Assembly (NCBI GenBank): GCA_963799485.1
Contig: CAWCXJ010000004.1
Coordinates: 32,001 to 96,000 of the forward strand
DNA length: 64,000 bases
Source of the DNA: an uncultured Trueperaceae bacterium
GTDB lineage: Bacteria; Deinococcota; Deinococci; Deinococcales; Trueperaceae
Direction: 5' to 3'
Within the stretch, counting starts at the first letter, position 1. The number at the start of each line of letters is the position of its first letter. Below, one piece after another: positions 45,785 to 55,884 of the stretch. The notes beneath the pieces were generated by a model. The model made no database searches, was not told the origin of the DNA, and worked only from the letters and a program-made list of their open reading frames with translations. The translations under genes were made by a program, and so were the position numbers.

Positions 45785-46028
45785 AACAGCACTCCTTCAG
45801 GCCATAACGCCATAATCGCTCCTACCCCCCGGCACAGACTTTAATTCGTAAGGTGATAATGTTGTATGGTGAGAGTTCGTTGTGTCGGTAACGGTAGGTA
45901 TTGAGGTGTTACTGACACAAGCACGCCGTATATGGTAGCAGATTTTGCGCCTTTTTACTAGTCCCGGCCTGACATCGGGCTGATATCAGTACATTTTAAT
46001 CGTTTTTTAGCAGGTTCTGACAGAGTGT

Positions 46029-46925
46029 TTAGAGCGGTTCTTCAGCGGTCAAACGGCTGTTCCGGGTTGTGATAGCGACGCCGGTGAGTAGAACGAGCGC
46101 ACCCAAGAGGGTCGGCAGCGGCGGAACTTCGGTAAATAAAATCAGCGCCAAGAGACTTGCGCCGATGGGCTCGAGCAAAATCACCGTAGCGACCACTGCC
46201 GGGTTCATGTGTTTTACGGCGTAGTTGTAAGACGTGTGCCCGACAAGCTGCGGAATGAGCGCCAAAAGTAGAATCCACCCATAGCTCTCTGCGCTGTAGC
46301 CGGTATAGCTGTAGTCCAAAAAAAAAGGGAGCGGCAGTAACACGAGAGCAGCGACGCCGTAAGCAACGCCGATATAGGCTTGCAAGCTGAGCCCGCGGTT
46401 CTGCGCGGCGCGGCCCAAAAGGAGGTAAGCGGCGGCGGCTGCCGCGCCCACGAGCGCCAAGCTGTTGCCCAGAAAAGGTGCGCTGCTCGTTTCGCCTACT
46501 GCGCCGCCGAAACCGATAAGTGCGCCCCCCAAAACAGCGACCAGCATCCCTAACAGCGCGCTAAAGGGCGGGGCTAAACCGAGAAAAAGCCAGCTCGAGA
46601 GTGCCACCCACACGGGCGTCGTCGTCCCTAAGCTCGTACTTGCAGCAACCGTTGTATAAGAGAGTGAACTGATCCAGGTCGCAAAATGCAGCCCTAGCAG
46701 CAGTCCGGCAAGCACGGCGTAACCCAGATTTCTGCGGGTCAGCGGCGTTTTACGAAGTGCCCGCACCGTCCAGGGCAGCAAAATAAGGCTTGCCAGCAGC
46801 ATCCGGTAAGCCGCGACGACCACACCGGGCGCGTCGGCGAGGCGGATAAAAATAGCCGAGAGGCTTACAGCAATCAGGCCGACGCCCATTACCAGGGTGA
46901 GACGAGAAGATGAGGGGGCGTCCAT
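46029..46925 (-). CDS. EamA/DMT-family transporter
   Basis: LHFATWISSLSYTTVAAS, PQLVGHTSYN, LLEPIGAS. Confidence 0.88.
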   Translation of the reverse strand: MDAPSSSRLTLVMGVGLIAVSLSAIFIRLADAPGVVVAAYRMLLASLILLPWTVRALRKTPLTRRNLGYAVLAGLLLGLHFATWISSLSYTTVAASTSLGTTTPVWVALSSWLFLGLAPPFSALLGMLVAVLGGALIGFGGAVGETSSAPFLGNSLALVGAAAAAAYLLLGRAAQNRGLSLQAYIGVAYGVAALVLLPLPFFLDYSYTGYSAESYGWILLLALIPQLVGHTSYNYAVKHMNPAVVATVILLEPIGASLLALILFTEVPPLPTLLGALVLLTGVAITTRNSRLTAEEPL

Positions 46926-47007
46926 AGCGCAATCGTACCTTGCCGTCTCTCTCTCGGTTGAGGGCGACGCTCGAATCAGATAAGCAGCCTTAGCGCCATA
47001 AAGATAC

Positions 47008-47036
47008 TTGACAACATCATGCTAAGGTTTTATATT
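47008..47036 (+). promoter_or_regulatory. Sigma70-type promoter of hsp20
   Basis: TTGACA-17 bp-TATATT. Confidence 0.75.
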
Positions 47037-47055
47037 GATTTACGAAAAGGAGGCG

Positions 47056-47535
47056 ATGATGTTACAAAGTTGGAACCCTTGGCAAGAACTAGAAGAGATG
47101 CAGCGCCGCTTGGGCCGCGCCGTTCGCTCCGACGAGACCGTAAGCTGGGCACCCCCGACCGACGTTGTAGAAGACGATGCGGGGCTCTACCTCTACCTCG
47201 ATTTGCCCGACGTCGATGAAGGCAGCCTCGAGGTCACCAGCGAGCAGAACAGCCTGAGCGTCAAAGCGACGCGCCGCTACCGTAAAACCGATGGTCAGAC
47301 GGTGCATTATCAGGGTCGTCCGAAGGGAACGTTCTCGCGTGTTTTCAACGTTCCGACGAGCTTCGACCTCGGCAAAGTTACGGCGTCTTACGACGGCGGC
47401 GTGCTGAGCCTACTCGTCCCACGCTCTGAAAGCACCAAACCTCGCAAAATCGATGTGAACACCGGGGAAACCCAGAAAGGCCACAAAGAGGTCGAGGTTC
47501 AGGCCGAAGAAAACCGCGAAACCGCCAACGCTTAA
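47056..47535 (+). CDS. Hsp20/alpha-crystallin small heat-shock protein
   Basis: WAPPTDV, DLP, G.FSR.F..P, ASYDGGVLSL..P; AGGAGG RBS (start 47056 or 47059). Confidence 0.92.
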   Translation: MMLQSWNPWQELEEMQRRLGRAVRSDETVSWAPPTDVVEDDAGLYLYLDLPDVDEGSLEVTSEQNSLSVKATRRYRKTDGQTVHYQGRPKGTFSRVFNVPTSFDLGKVTASYDGGVLSLLVPRSESTKPRKIDVNTGETQKGHKEVEVQAEENRETANA

Positions 47536-47550
47536 GCGTTAGGTACTGCA

Positions 47551-47580
47551 AAAAAGCTGAGGGAAACCTCAGCTCTTTTT
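47551..47580. terminator. Probable bidirectional terminator
   Basis: AAAA-AGCTGAGG-GAAA-CCTCAGCT-CTTTTT between convergent genes. Confidence 0.75.
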
Positions 47581-47961
47581 ATTGAGGCTAAAAAAAAGAA
47601 TTGCCCAACCGATAAGTTGCAGCACGCCGCCGATAGGAGCAACCGCGCCCAAAATCGACACGCCGCTCCATACCAGTGCGTAAAGGCTGCCGGAAAAGAC
47701 GATGCTCCCGATAAAGAGCCACGGCGCAGCCCGCTGCGCCCGCAGCGGCAACGCGCCTAAAGCCAGCAGACCTAGCGCGTGAAACATTTGGTAACGGACG
47801 GCGGTTTGGTAGGTCTCGAGCTGACCCGAACTCAGCACCCCGTTAAGGGCGTGCGCCCCGAACGCGCCGAGCCCAACACCTAAAAAGGCGAGCAGCGCAC
47901 CGAGTTGAGCCGGGTTGATAGGGGAGCGTTCGGCCTTAGCAGTTTGAATCGTCGTTGCCAT
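47569..47961 (-). CDS. DUF423 (YgdD/TMEM256) membrane protein
   Basis: GAFGAHAL, TAVRYQMFH, FSGSLY, APIGG; TATAAT 6 nt before ATG 47961. Confidence 0.9.
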   Translation of the reverse strand: MATTIQTAKAERSPINPAQLGALLAFLGVGLGAFGAHALNGVLSSGQLETYQTAVRYQMFHALGLLALGALPLRAQRAAPWLFIGSIVFSGSLYALVWSGVSILGAVAPIGGVLQLIGWAILFFSLNKKS

Positions 47962-47968
47962 CTCCCGA

Positions 47969-48679
47969 TTATAGGGCGACTTGCACCGGTGCGTGGTTGG
48001 GCGCAGCTTCACCCTCTAATACGCCGTCGGCAAAGTTGAGCACCCGGTCTACCTCGTCTACAAGCCGCGCGTCGTGCGTCACTAAAATGACGGTTCGACC
48101 CTCCTTAGCGGCTTGGCGGAGCGTTGCCACGACGACCTTGCCGCTTTTCGAGTCGAGGTTGCCGGTCGGTTCGTCGGCAAAGACCACATCCGGGTCGTTG
48201 GCGAGCGCCCGCGCGACGCTGACGCGTTGCCGTTCGCCGCCGGAGAGTTTGTGTGGCAGGTGGTGGGCCCTGGCTTCCAGACCGAAGCGACTGAGTAGCG
48301 CCACGGCTTTCTTTTTGCGCTCTCCGGTATGAACCCCGGCCAGCCCCATCGGAAAGGCGACGTTTTGCCACGCATTTTGCACCGCAATCAGGTTGTACGA
48401 CTGAAATACGAAGCCGAAACGCCTGAGCCGCAACTCAGCGCGTTCGTTTTCGGGTAGGGTGCTGACTACCGTGTCGCCGAGCCGAACTTCACCGGCAGTC
48501 GGCGTGTCGAGTCCGGCAAGAAGATTTAGCAGCGTCGTTTTGCCCGAACCCGACGGACCCATAATCGCCGTGATAGAGCCCACCGGAAAGGTATAAGAAA
48601 ACCCGGCGAGGGCCACGACCTCGCCGCCGGGGTCGCGGTAAACTTTGCGTAACTGACGGGCAGAGAGTTGCGTATTCAC
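47969..48679 (-). CDS. LolD/MacB-like ABC ATP-binding protein
   Basis: GPSGSGKTT, GFVFQSYNL, LSGGERQR, ADEPTGNLD. Confidence 0.92.
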   Translation of the reverse strand: MNTQLSARQLRKVYRDPGGEVVALAGFSYTFPVGSITAIMGPSGSGKTTLLNLLAGLDTPTAGEVRLGDTVVSTLPENERAELRLRRFGFVFQSYNLIAVQNAWQNVAFPMGLAGVHTGERKKKAVALLSRFGLEARAHHLPHKLSGGERQRVSVARALANDPDVVFADEPTGNLDSKSGKVVVATLRQAAKEGRTVILVTHDARLVDEVDRVLNFADGVLEGEAAPNHAPVQVAL

Positions 48680-48733
48680 GCCCAAGTATAGCGTTGACGT
48701 ATCCCAAAAATTGTTCCGGGTATTGTTCCGACC

Positions 48734-50464
48734 TTAGCGGCCACCTGAACTGCCGCCGCCGCCCCCGCCGCCCCCGCCGGCAACCGATCCGCCCGACGAC
48801 GCGGACGCTCCCGCCGAACTCAGGGCGCTGCTCAGTGAGCTGAGTGAACTCGTCACGTCGCCTAAACTCTGAAACTGCCCGGCTGAGGTGCGACCGAGCC
48901 AGAGTGGAGCGTAGCCTACGCCGCGCTCGCCGCGTTCGGGCGCGGCCCGCTTCATGTTTTTGAGAAACTTATCCGCCACGCCCAGGGCCGCCGCGTAGCA
49001 GTAGTAAACTTCCCAGAGCTTGAAAAAATCGTCGGGTGCCCGTTTCATCTGCGTGTAGTCCGACAAGGTGCGTCTGAAACCCTGCCAACCGAGCGCTTCG
49101 GGGGCGACCTCTTTACGCCACGCCGGAACCGTTACCAGGGCCAGAACGCCAAGTATGCCGCAAAGTACGGCCCCAACGATAAAGATAATCTGCGCCACAC
49201 CGAGTGTCAGAACAGCGCCCAAGACACATCCGCCGGTTGCCAGTAGCGCAAGCGCAAACCATAGTCCGGCAGACCGCTGACTGCGGGGCTCGAGCCTCGT
49301 CCCGCCGAGTTCTTTGCTGAGCCACAACCCGACACCGTTCCACCAACCACCTAAAAAACTGCTCAGATGCTTTTCGGAGTAGCGTTTGAGTTCTCTAAAC
49401 TCGAGGTAATCGGGGTCGCCCCTGCTGCTTTTGGCGGCGCGTTTAAGGTAGGTCCGCACCTCACGCTCGAAGGGCAAAAGCCCACCGTCGTCTTTGTCCG
49501 AGAGCCGCATGTTGAACTTGCCCGCCTTGGAGTCGAACACGCCGTAACCGCGCCGCGCCAAATCCATAATGGTCGCGTGAAAGGCGGGGCCGGGGCCGCC
49601 CGCAAACCGCGAAGCGAAGTAAGGAACCGCGGCAGGGGGCCGGTCGGCGGGCGGTTCAAACGGGTAGCGCATGGCGAGCGCGGTCGGTCGGTACTTGCGT
49701 GCAGCCCGCACGATACCGACCCCTAAACCAGCGACAGGGAGCAGCACGAGTGCGCCCCACCACGGGTTACGGCGCGTTTTGTCGAGGCCGGCGACGCGTG
49801 TTTCATCGCGTAAAAGGCGTTCAAATCCCGGCTCATCTCCTTCGACGCTGAACAGCTCCGGCGGCATCAGGTAACGGATTTCGACGCCAGTATCTCCGGG
49901 TACACGGTCGTAACGAACGGTGAGCGTCTGCCGGTCTTCCGAGAGGTTGACGGTCGGTAGTTCGGTGTTGCCGAGGCGGTGGACATAAGCGTCGTAAGGG
50001 CCGGTCATCGGCCCCGGTATCTGCACGGTGAGGTCGTAACCGCGTACCGGTGGGTGCGTCTCTTCTAAAATCTTCCAGTACCACTGCACCACGTCGCTGT
50101 AGGGCTCGAGTGACCCCTCCAAACGGTAACGGTAAAACACCCGCCGCTCGCTGACCCGCTGATTTTGTTTAACCACCAGTTCCGTACCGCCTGAGCCGTC
50201 TTCACACGGTTGCTGAAACGCTGCTGCTGCCGGGCCGGGTGACAGTGCGCCGCCCTCTAAAAGCGTAAGCTGCTGCCCTGCAGCGAGGTTGATACAGACG
50301 AACGCCTCACCGAAATCCTCGTCGGTCGTCAGGGTGCGCTCGTCACGGACGATAACCGAGCCGTCGGCCTGAAGGCTGACCTGCTGCACCACGTCACGCC
50401 AGGTAAAATCTTGCGCGCTCACTAAGCTTAGAAGGCTCAAAAGCCCCGTGAAAAACCGTTTCAT
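48734..50464 (-). CDS. DUF2207 family membrane protein
   Basis: Signal peptide, ATIMDLARRG, W..F...L, YAAALG, Gly/Ser-rich C-terminus. Confidence 0.85.
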   Translation of the reverse strand: MKRFFTGLLSLLSLVSAQDFTWRDVVQQVSLQADGSVIVRDERTLTTDEDFGEAFVCINLAAGQQLTLLEGGALSPGPAAAAFQQPCEDGSGGTELVVKQNQRVSERRVFYRYRLEGSLEPYSDVVQWYWKILEETHPPVRGYDLTVQIPGPMTGPYDAYVHRLGNTELPTVNLSEDRQTLTVRYDRVPGDTGVEIRYLMPPELFSVEGDEPGFERLLRDETRVAGLDKTRRNPWWGALVLLPVAGLGVGIVRAARKYRPTALAMRYPFEPPADRPPAAVPYFASRFAGGPGPAFHATIMDLARRGYGVFDSKAGKFNMRLSDKDDGGLLPFEREVRTYLKRAAKSSRGDPDYLEFRELKRYSEKHLSSFLGGWWNGVGLWLSKELGGTRLEPRSQRSAGLWFALALLATGGCVLGAVLTLGVAQIIFIVGAVLCGILGVLALVTVPAWRKEVAPEALGWQGFRRTLSDYTQMKRAPDDFFKLWEVYYCYAAALGVADKFLKNMKRAAPERGERGVGYAPLWLGRTSAGQFQSLGDVTSSLSSLSSALSSAGASASSGGSVAGGGGGGGGGSSGGR

Positions 50465-50503
50465 AGGGCTGAGCTTACGCGCTTTGGACTCGAGTTGGCT
50501 AGA

Positions 50504-51658
50504 TTATTCGCGCGACATGGCCACGGCAATCGGGATACGTGCGGCGCGGGCAGCGGGTAAGAGTCCCGACAAGATACCCATCAAAAAGGCGATAGCGACA
50601 GCAAAAACGCCGAGCCTCAGAGTGAGCGCGGCGACGTCCAAGCCGATTAAGTTTTCGGCAATCCGGTTGACGGCAAAAATACCGAGCCGCCCGAGAGCGA
50701 CGCCGAACACCGCTCCGACAAGACTGAGCAGCACGGACTCGCTCAAGACCAGGCCGAACAAAAACCGGGGCCTTGCGCCGACCGCCCGGATGACGCCGAA
50801 CTCGCGGGTACGCTCGAACACGCTCATCAAGACGGTGTTGGCAACGGAAATCGCGCCGACGATGAGGGCGATGGCGCTGATGCCTAAGCGCACCACGTCG
50901 CTGATACGAACGCCGCGCTCGAGTACCTGCAAAACCTCACCCTGGGTTTGAAACCCGAGGTCGGGGTAGGCACTGCTCAGCGCCGCCGCAACTTCTCCGG
51001 CCCGGCCCGGCTCCTCTACGTCGAGCGCAAAAAAACTGACGCGGTCGCGGATGCCAATCGCCGTTTGCAGCACAGGTAGCGGCACGAGGACGGCGTTATC
51101 GACGAGCCCACCCCCGGAACGCGCGACGCCGACAATCTCGAGGCTGCTCTCCGGGTTGAGCCGGAGCGTATCGCCGATACCTATGCTGTTGCGTTCCGCG
51201 ACCTGTTCACCGATGACGGCAACTTTTGCGTTGCTGTCTTTTTGCGTCAACCCTCGCCCGCGGACGACGGCGTAATCGAAATAGAGGCTGCCCACGTCCA
51301 AACCGGCGGGCAAACCCTGAAACAAAAACGAACTCCCCGGTGAAAAACCGCCCCGCGCGTAGAGCAAGATCGGGGTCACGCGGGTAATGCCGTACTGCTC
51401 ACGGGCGTCCCGAAGTTCAGCGGCGAAGCGGAGCGGCAGTTCGGGTATAGCGGTCAAGGCGGTTGTATCGAAGGGGCCGTAACTCACCTGAATGGCGGGG
51501 CCGATACCGCCGATTTCACGGGTGAAGACCTGCCGCAAACCCTCGCCGAGCGACAAAAAGATAACGGTCGAGGCGACGGCGACGGCGATGCCGAGCGCCG
51601 TTAAAAACGTCCTCAGGGGGCGCAAACGAAGCGACTGCAGCGCGAGCGACCAGATCAT
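50504..51658 (-). CDS. MacB/FtsX-type ABC permease
   Basis: LRTFLTALGI, SVFERTREFGVIRAVGA, LPAARAARI. Confidence 0.9.
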   Translation of the reverse strand: MIWSLALQSLRLRPLRTFLTALGIAVAVASTVIFLSLGEGLRQVFTREIGGIGPAIQVSYGPFDTTALTAIPELPLRFAAELRDAREQYGITRVTPILLYARGGFSPGSSFLFQGLPAGLDVGSLYFDYAVVRGRGLTQKDSNAKVAVIGEQVAERNSIGIGDTLRLNPESSLEIVGVARSGGGLVDNAVLVPLPVLQTAIGIRDRVSFFALDVEEPGRAGEVAAALSSAYPDLGFQTQGEVLQVLERGVRISDVVRLGISAIALIVGAISVANTVLMSVFERTREFGVIRAVGARPRFLFGLVLSESVLLSLVGAVFGVALGRLGIFAVNRIAENLIGLDVAALTLRLGVFAVAIAFLMGILSGLLPAARAARIPIAVAMSRE

Positions 51659-51729
51659 AGGGTGTCCACGCTTTAGTCTACCGACACCCGCACGCAGTTA
51701 TCCCCCTCGGCCTTACGGTTGCCCGTAAC

Positions 51730-52830
51730 TCAGTACGCTTCGCCGACAACTGCGCCCGAGGTTCCTAGGGGCTGCGCCGGGGCGTCCCCTTTAGCGACCG
51801 AGACGCCGCCCGCATTACCGCTAAAGATGTAAACGGGCGCGCTAAAGCTGTAAGTAGCGCCGGGTTGGGCCGTCTCGTAGACGAGGCGTTCGCCGCCTCT
51901 GGTATTGCCCCGGTAGACCTCGAGCCAAGCCTCCGCCGAGACCGTCACGACGACCTGAGCGGCAGCTTGAGGCGCGGGTGCAGCTGCTCGAGCAGGCGCT
52001 TCTACACGTATTCCCATGACTGTCGCCGGTCTTACACCTCTAGGAAACAGTGTAATATTCAGGCGGCGGTCACGGCTCAGGTCGAGGGTGCGTTCAAAGG
52101 TGCCGTAACCGCCGCGCTCGACCTTGAGCGTGCGGTTTCCGGCGCGTACCGGGGCGTCCACAACCGGGCTCTGCCCGAAACGGTAACCGTCGATGCTGAT
52201 CTCCGCGCCCGGCGGCGTCGTTCGGAGTGAGAGCAAAATCATTGCTGGAGCCGCCGGCGTTGAGGTTGTCGAGGGTGCCGGTTGCGACGGTTCGGCGAGC
52301 TGCGTTTGTCCCGGCTCGGTTTGTGCCGGCGTCAATTGTCCGGGCGTCAACGCTCCGTCGAACGCACGCAGGGCGAGCCAGATGGCGGCGGCGACGAGCA
52401 GCAGTGAGGCGAGCAGCCGCGTAAACCGTCCGAGCCGAGGGTGCACCGACGCGTTACCCGAGGCGGGTAGTCCCAGCCCCGCAGGTTCAGCTTGCGTAGC
52501 CGGACTTTGCGCCGGACTTCGCCGCTCCTGCGCGTACAAGAGCAGGGCGCGGGCCGGCTCGAGGCCGACGGCCCGCGCGTAGAGCCGGACAAAATTTTTA
52601 CCGTCGGCCTCGCTGGGCAAGTCGGCAAAGCGTCCGGCCTCGAGCGCCTCGAGGTATGAAAGCCGGACGTTGGTTATTTCGCTCAGGTCTTCGAGCTCGA
52701 GGTTGTTCTCCCGGCGCGCCTCGCGGAGCGTTTGACCGAGGCGGTTGGGGCGCTGAACGGTTATTCGGGTACGGCGTTTGGCGGTGGGGTCGCTGCGGAA
52801 GGTGGGCAGATTGGCAGGCGAATCGTCCAT
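51730..52830 (-). CDS. RodZ-like protein with an internal PEGA domain
   Basis: HTH LGQTLREAR...YLEALEAG, TM, PEGA TTPPGAEISIDG..GQSP, C-terminal GNAGGV. Confidence 0.8.
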   Translation of the reverse strand: MDDSPANLPTFRSDPTAKRRTRITVQRPNRLGQTLREARRENNLELEDLSEITNVRLSYLEALEAGRFADLPSEADGKNFVRLYARAVGLEPARALLLYAQERRSPAQSPATQAEPAGLGLPASGNASVHPRLGRFTRLLASLLLVAAAIWLALRAFDGALTPGQLTPAQTEPGQTQLAEPSQPAPSTTSTPAAPAMILLSLRTTPPGAEISIDGYRFGQSPVVDAPVRAGNRTLKVERGGYGTFERTLDLSRDRRLNITLFPRGVRPATVMGIRVEAPARAAAPAPQAAAQVVVTVSAEAWLEVYRGNTRGGERLVYETAQPGATYSFSAPVYIFSGNAGGVSVAKGDAPAQPLGTSGAVVGEAY

Positions 52831-52843
52831 AGCGCGCTCCTAC

Positions 52844-53746
52844 TCAGGCGAGTTGAGGTTTGGCGGGGCGAACCAGCTCGAGCGCCACCTGTGCGCCCAA
52901 ACGGGCATTTTCCCGCAAGAGTCTGAGGTTTACGTCCATCGCCCGCCCGTCTGACAGGGCGGCGAAACGGGCCAAAAGAAAGGGGGTGAGGTCTTTGCCG
53001 CTGAAATTCTGCTGTTTGGCCTCTTTAAGGGCCGTCTCCAGCCAACTTGCAACTTCTCCAGCTTCAAGTCCTTGCGAAACCGGTTTGGCGACCAGCAGCG
53101 CAGCGGGTAGGCCCAGCGCCCGCGCCGCCTGAAACGTTCCGGCAACTTCATCCGGGGTGTCGCAACGGGCCGGCACCGGCAATTCGGTTTCAGGGACGTG
53201 AAATCCGGCGAAGCGGCCCGTGCCGTAGCCGACGACCGGCACCCCGAGGGTCTCGAGGCGCTCCAAGGTCGCCCCCTGATTGAGGATTGACTTGGCTCCA
53301 GCACAGACGACCACAAGCGGATTTTTTGAAAGCGCCAATAGGTCGGCGGACTCGTCGAAATCGTCGAAGTGAACGCCGCCGATACCGCCGGTGGCAAAAA
53401 CTTTGATGCCGACCTGCGCGGCGAGGTGCAGCGTTGCGGCAACTGTGGTGCCGCCGTCGCGCTTTTGGGCAACCAGTGCAGGCAGGTTCCAGATGGAGGC
53501 TTTGCTTACGTCGGTCGCGGCGAGATGCTGCAACTCGTCTGCTGACATTCCGATCACCACGTTGCCGCCGATCAGCCCCACGGTCGCCGGTACTGCACCC
53601 GCCTCGCGGACGGTGTTTTCTAACAACTGGGCAAGCGCCAGATTTTGCGGACGCGGCAGGCCGTGGGTGATAACAGTGGACTCTAGCGCGACGACCGCGC
53701 GGCCTTCGCGCAGCGCTTCCTGGACAGTTGGATGGATACGCCTCAC
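52844..53746 (-). CDS. psuG: Pseudouridine-5'-phosphate glycosidase
   Basis: VALESTVITHGLP.PQN, TTVAAT, FATGGIGGVH, DESADL, TPFLL. Confidence 0.95.
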   Translation of the reverse strand: MRRIHPTVQEALREGRAVVALESTVITHGLPRPQNLALAQLLENTVREAGAVPATVGLIGGNVVIGMSADELQHLAATDVSKASIWNLPALVAQKRDGGTTVAATLHLAAQVGIKVFATGGIGGVHFDDFDESADLLALSKNPLVVVCAGAKSILNQGATLERLETLGVPVVGYGTGRFAGFHVPETELPVPARCDTPDEVAGTFQAARALGLPAALLVAKPVSQGLEAGEVASWLETALKEAKQQNFSGKDLTPFLLARFAALSDGRAMDVNLRLLRENARLGAQVALELVRPAKPQLA

Positions 53747-53888
53747 GCTGAGTATCGTACCGCAACCGGGTGCAGAGCATCATGGGAGGTTTTCCTACAG
53801 TAGAGGGCGATAGCCGCGAGTTTTTTGGACAGGGTTTCGTGAGCTGAAACCTGTACCGAACACAGTAAAAGCATAGTAGAAATACAGC

Positions 53889-53922
53889 AAAACGGCCTTT
53901 ATTACCCTGCAAAGGCCGTTTT
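53889..53922. terminator. Terminator downstream of hflX
   Basis: AAAACGGCCTTT ... AAAGGCCGTTTT perfect 12-bp inverted repeat. Confidence 0.75.
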
Positions 53923-53967
53923 ACGGTCGTTGTACGTTGCCGCCTGAACTATCTGCGGTAGGGCCGC

Positions 53968-55677
53968 CTAGTCGTGTGACGACACGACGCCGTAGGCCGC
54001 CGTAAAATCTTCGGGTAAGGGGGTGTGCTGCTCGCCCTCGAGCGTTTTCGCCAGCAGCGCCTTGAGTTCGTCCAAGCCCGCGCCGGTCACGGCTGAAACG
54101 CTGTTCGCCTCATAACGTTCGCCGAGTTCGCGGACGATGTGTGCGTTGGCGAGATCGGCCTTGTTGAGGACGACCAAACGCGGAACCTCGAGCCCCAGCT
54201 CGTCTAAAATCCGGTTTACGGCGTCTACGCGGTCGGGCGCGCCGGGGGTGGCGGCGTCTACGACGTGCAGCAGCAAATCGGCGTCGTGCAGCTCTTCGAG
54301 GGTTGCCCGAAACGCGTTCAAGAGTTCGTCCGGCAGGTCTCTGATAAACCCCACCGTGTCGGTGTAAAGCGCCTTCGCGCCCCATTCACCGAGCGCCGGG
54401 AGCCAGCCCTCGCGGGTCGTTGGGCGGAGCGTGGCAAAGAGTTTGTTCTGACTGAGCGCGTCGGCTTTGGCGAGCACGTTGAAAAGGGTTGATTTTCCGG
54501 CGTTGGTGTAACCCACCAGAGCGATCACCGGCACGTCCGAACGGGTACGCCCTTTGCGGCTCTCGGAGCGGCGCTGACTGATTTCGCCGACGCTGCCCTC
54601 GAGCGCCGTAATGCGGTCGCGGATACGGCGGCGGTCGACCTCGAGCTTCGTTTCCCCCGGCCCCCTCGAGCCGATGCCGCCACCGAGTCGGCTCATCGCG
54701 CGACCCCGCCCAGCAAGGCGCGTCACCTGATATTGCAGCTGCGCCAGCTCGACCTGCAGCTGCGCCTCACGGCCCCGCGCGTTCTGCGCGAAGATATCCA
54801 GAATCAGCTGCGTGCGGTCGATGATTTTGAGATTTGTCTCGGCCTCGATGTCGCGGGCCTGCGCGGGATTGAGTTCGCGGTCGAAGATTAATAGGTCGGC
54901 GTCTTCGTGGTACGCCCTCGAGACCAGCTCTTGCAGTTTGCCGCGTCCAATCAGCGTCCGGGGGTCGGGCGACGCGCGGTTTTGTTTGCTCGTTACCGCG
55001 ACGGTTGCCCCGGCGCTGCGGGTCAGCTCAGACAGTTCGGCGAGGCGGGCGTCACTCTCGAAGGTGTTTTCGCCGGTGTTGAGGCCGATTAAAACGGCCC
55101 GTTCTTGCGAGCTGCGGGTGGTTTCACGGGCAGTGGCGCTCCGAGCCAGTTCTTCTTCTAGGGCTTGAATACGCTCGAGAATGTTGATTTTCTCCGCGTC
55201 GCGGGCGCTCATGGGTAGCTCGCGAATCCAGTCCTCTTCTTCAGACCCCGGCGGCGCGACCTGTGCGAGATGCACCTGCCCAACCTCGGTGTGACCCCGG
55301 CTGTTTTCTTGAACGTCCACCGCAATCATCGCGTCGAGGCGGTTCAAAAACAGCATCGACAGGTCGTTGTTCGACAGCCCACCCGGTTTGAGGTGCGTAT
55401 GGACGAGCCGGAGACCGTAAAGGCGTGAGTCCGCCTCCCCGGCCAGGCTCGGCAAGGGCGTTTCAGCGGCGTCGCCGAGCGCGACCGTGACGACGCGGCC
55501 CTGGCGGTCAACCAATGTTGAGACGTTTTTACGAAGTTCCAGCGCCAGTTCGCCCAAATCTCTGGCAAACTCCAAAGAGACCGGCACTTCCGGGGCCAAG
55601 CGGCGACGGTAAAGGTTTGAGAGACGTTTGATTTGAGCATTTTTAAGCGAAGAGAGTTTTCCGTGAACCTTATTGAT
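53968..55677 (-). CDS. hflX: GTPase HflX, long form; probable ATC start
   Basis: IDRTQLILDIFAQ, GPGETKLEVDRR, GYTNAGKST, DTVGFI, NKAD; GGAGG 5 nt before ATC 55677. Confidence 0.93.
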   Translation of the reverse strand: MNKVHGKLSSLKNAQIKRLSNLYRRRLAPEVPVSLEFARDLGELALELRKNVSTLVDRQGRVVTVALGDAAETPLPSLAGEADSRLYGLRLVHTHLKPGGLSNNDLSMLFLNRLDAMIAVDVQENSRGHTEVGQVHLAQVAPPGSEEEDWIRELPMSARDAEKINILERIQALEEELARSATARETTRSSQERAVLIGLNTGENTFESDARLAELSELTRSAGATVAVTSKQNRASPDPRTLIGRGKLQELVSRAYHEDADLLIFDRELNPAQARDIEAETNLKIIDRTQLILDIFAQNARGREAQLQVELAQLQYQVTRLAGRGRAMSRLGGGIGSRGPGETKLEVDRRRIRDRITALEGSVGEISQRRSESRKGRTRSDVPVIALVGYTNAGKSTLFNVLAKADALSQNKLFATLRPTTREGWLPALGEWGAKALYTDTVGFIRDLPDELLNAFRATLEELHDADLLLHVVDAATPGAPDRVDAVNRILDELGLEVPRLVVLNKADLANAHIVRELGERYEANSVSAVTGAGLDELKALLAKTLEGEQHTPLPEDFTAAYGVVSSHD

Positions 55678-55857
55678 AAGACCCTCCAAAGGTAAAAGTC
55701 GGCGCGAAAACGCTGGATACAGCAGACCAAACTGAGTTGATTGACTTAGAAATGTGCAAGGCTGCACCTGATAAAGCACGCCGCAAAAAGCCGAAGCGCT
55801 CAGCGTAACTCTCCTCGCACACCTGACGCGGGCGTGTCGGGGAATGTGCTGTGCGTG

Positions 55858-55884
55858 CTAGACGTAGAAAAACCTCTTGAACAT
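55858..55884 (-). CDS. Candidate hflX leader peptide MFKRFFYV
   Basis: ATG TTC AAG AGG TTT TTC TAC GTC TAG, 12 nt after a TATAAT box (55897-55902). Confidence 0.45.
   Translation of the reverse strand: MFKRFFYV

Noticed and set aside
46988..47030. Canonical CIRCE at hsp20
   Set aside because: Inner bases and the 9-nt spacer of TTAGCACTC-N9-GAGTGCTAA are absent.
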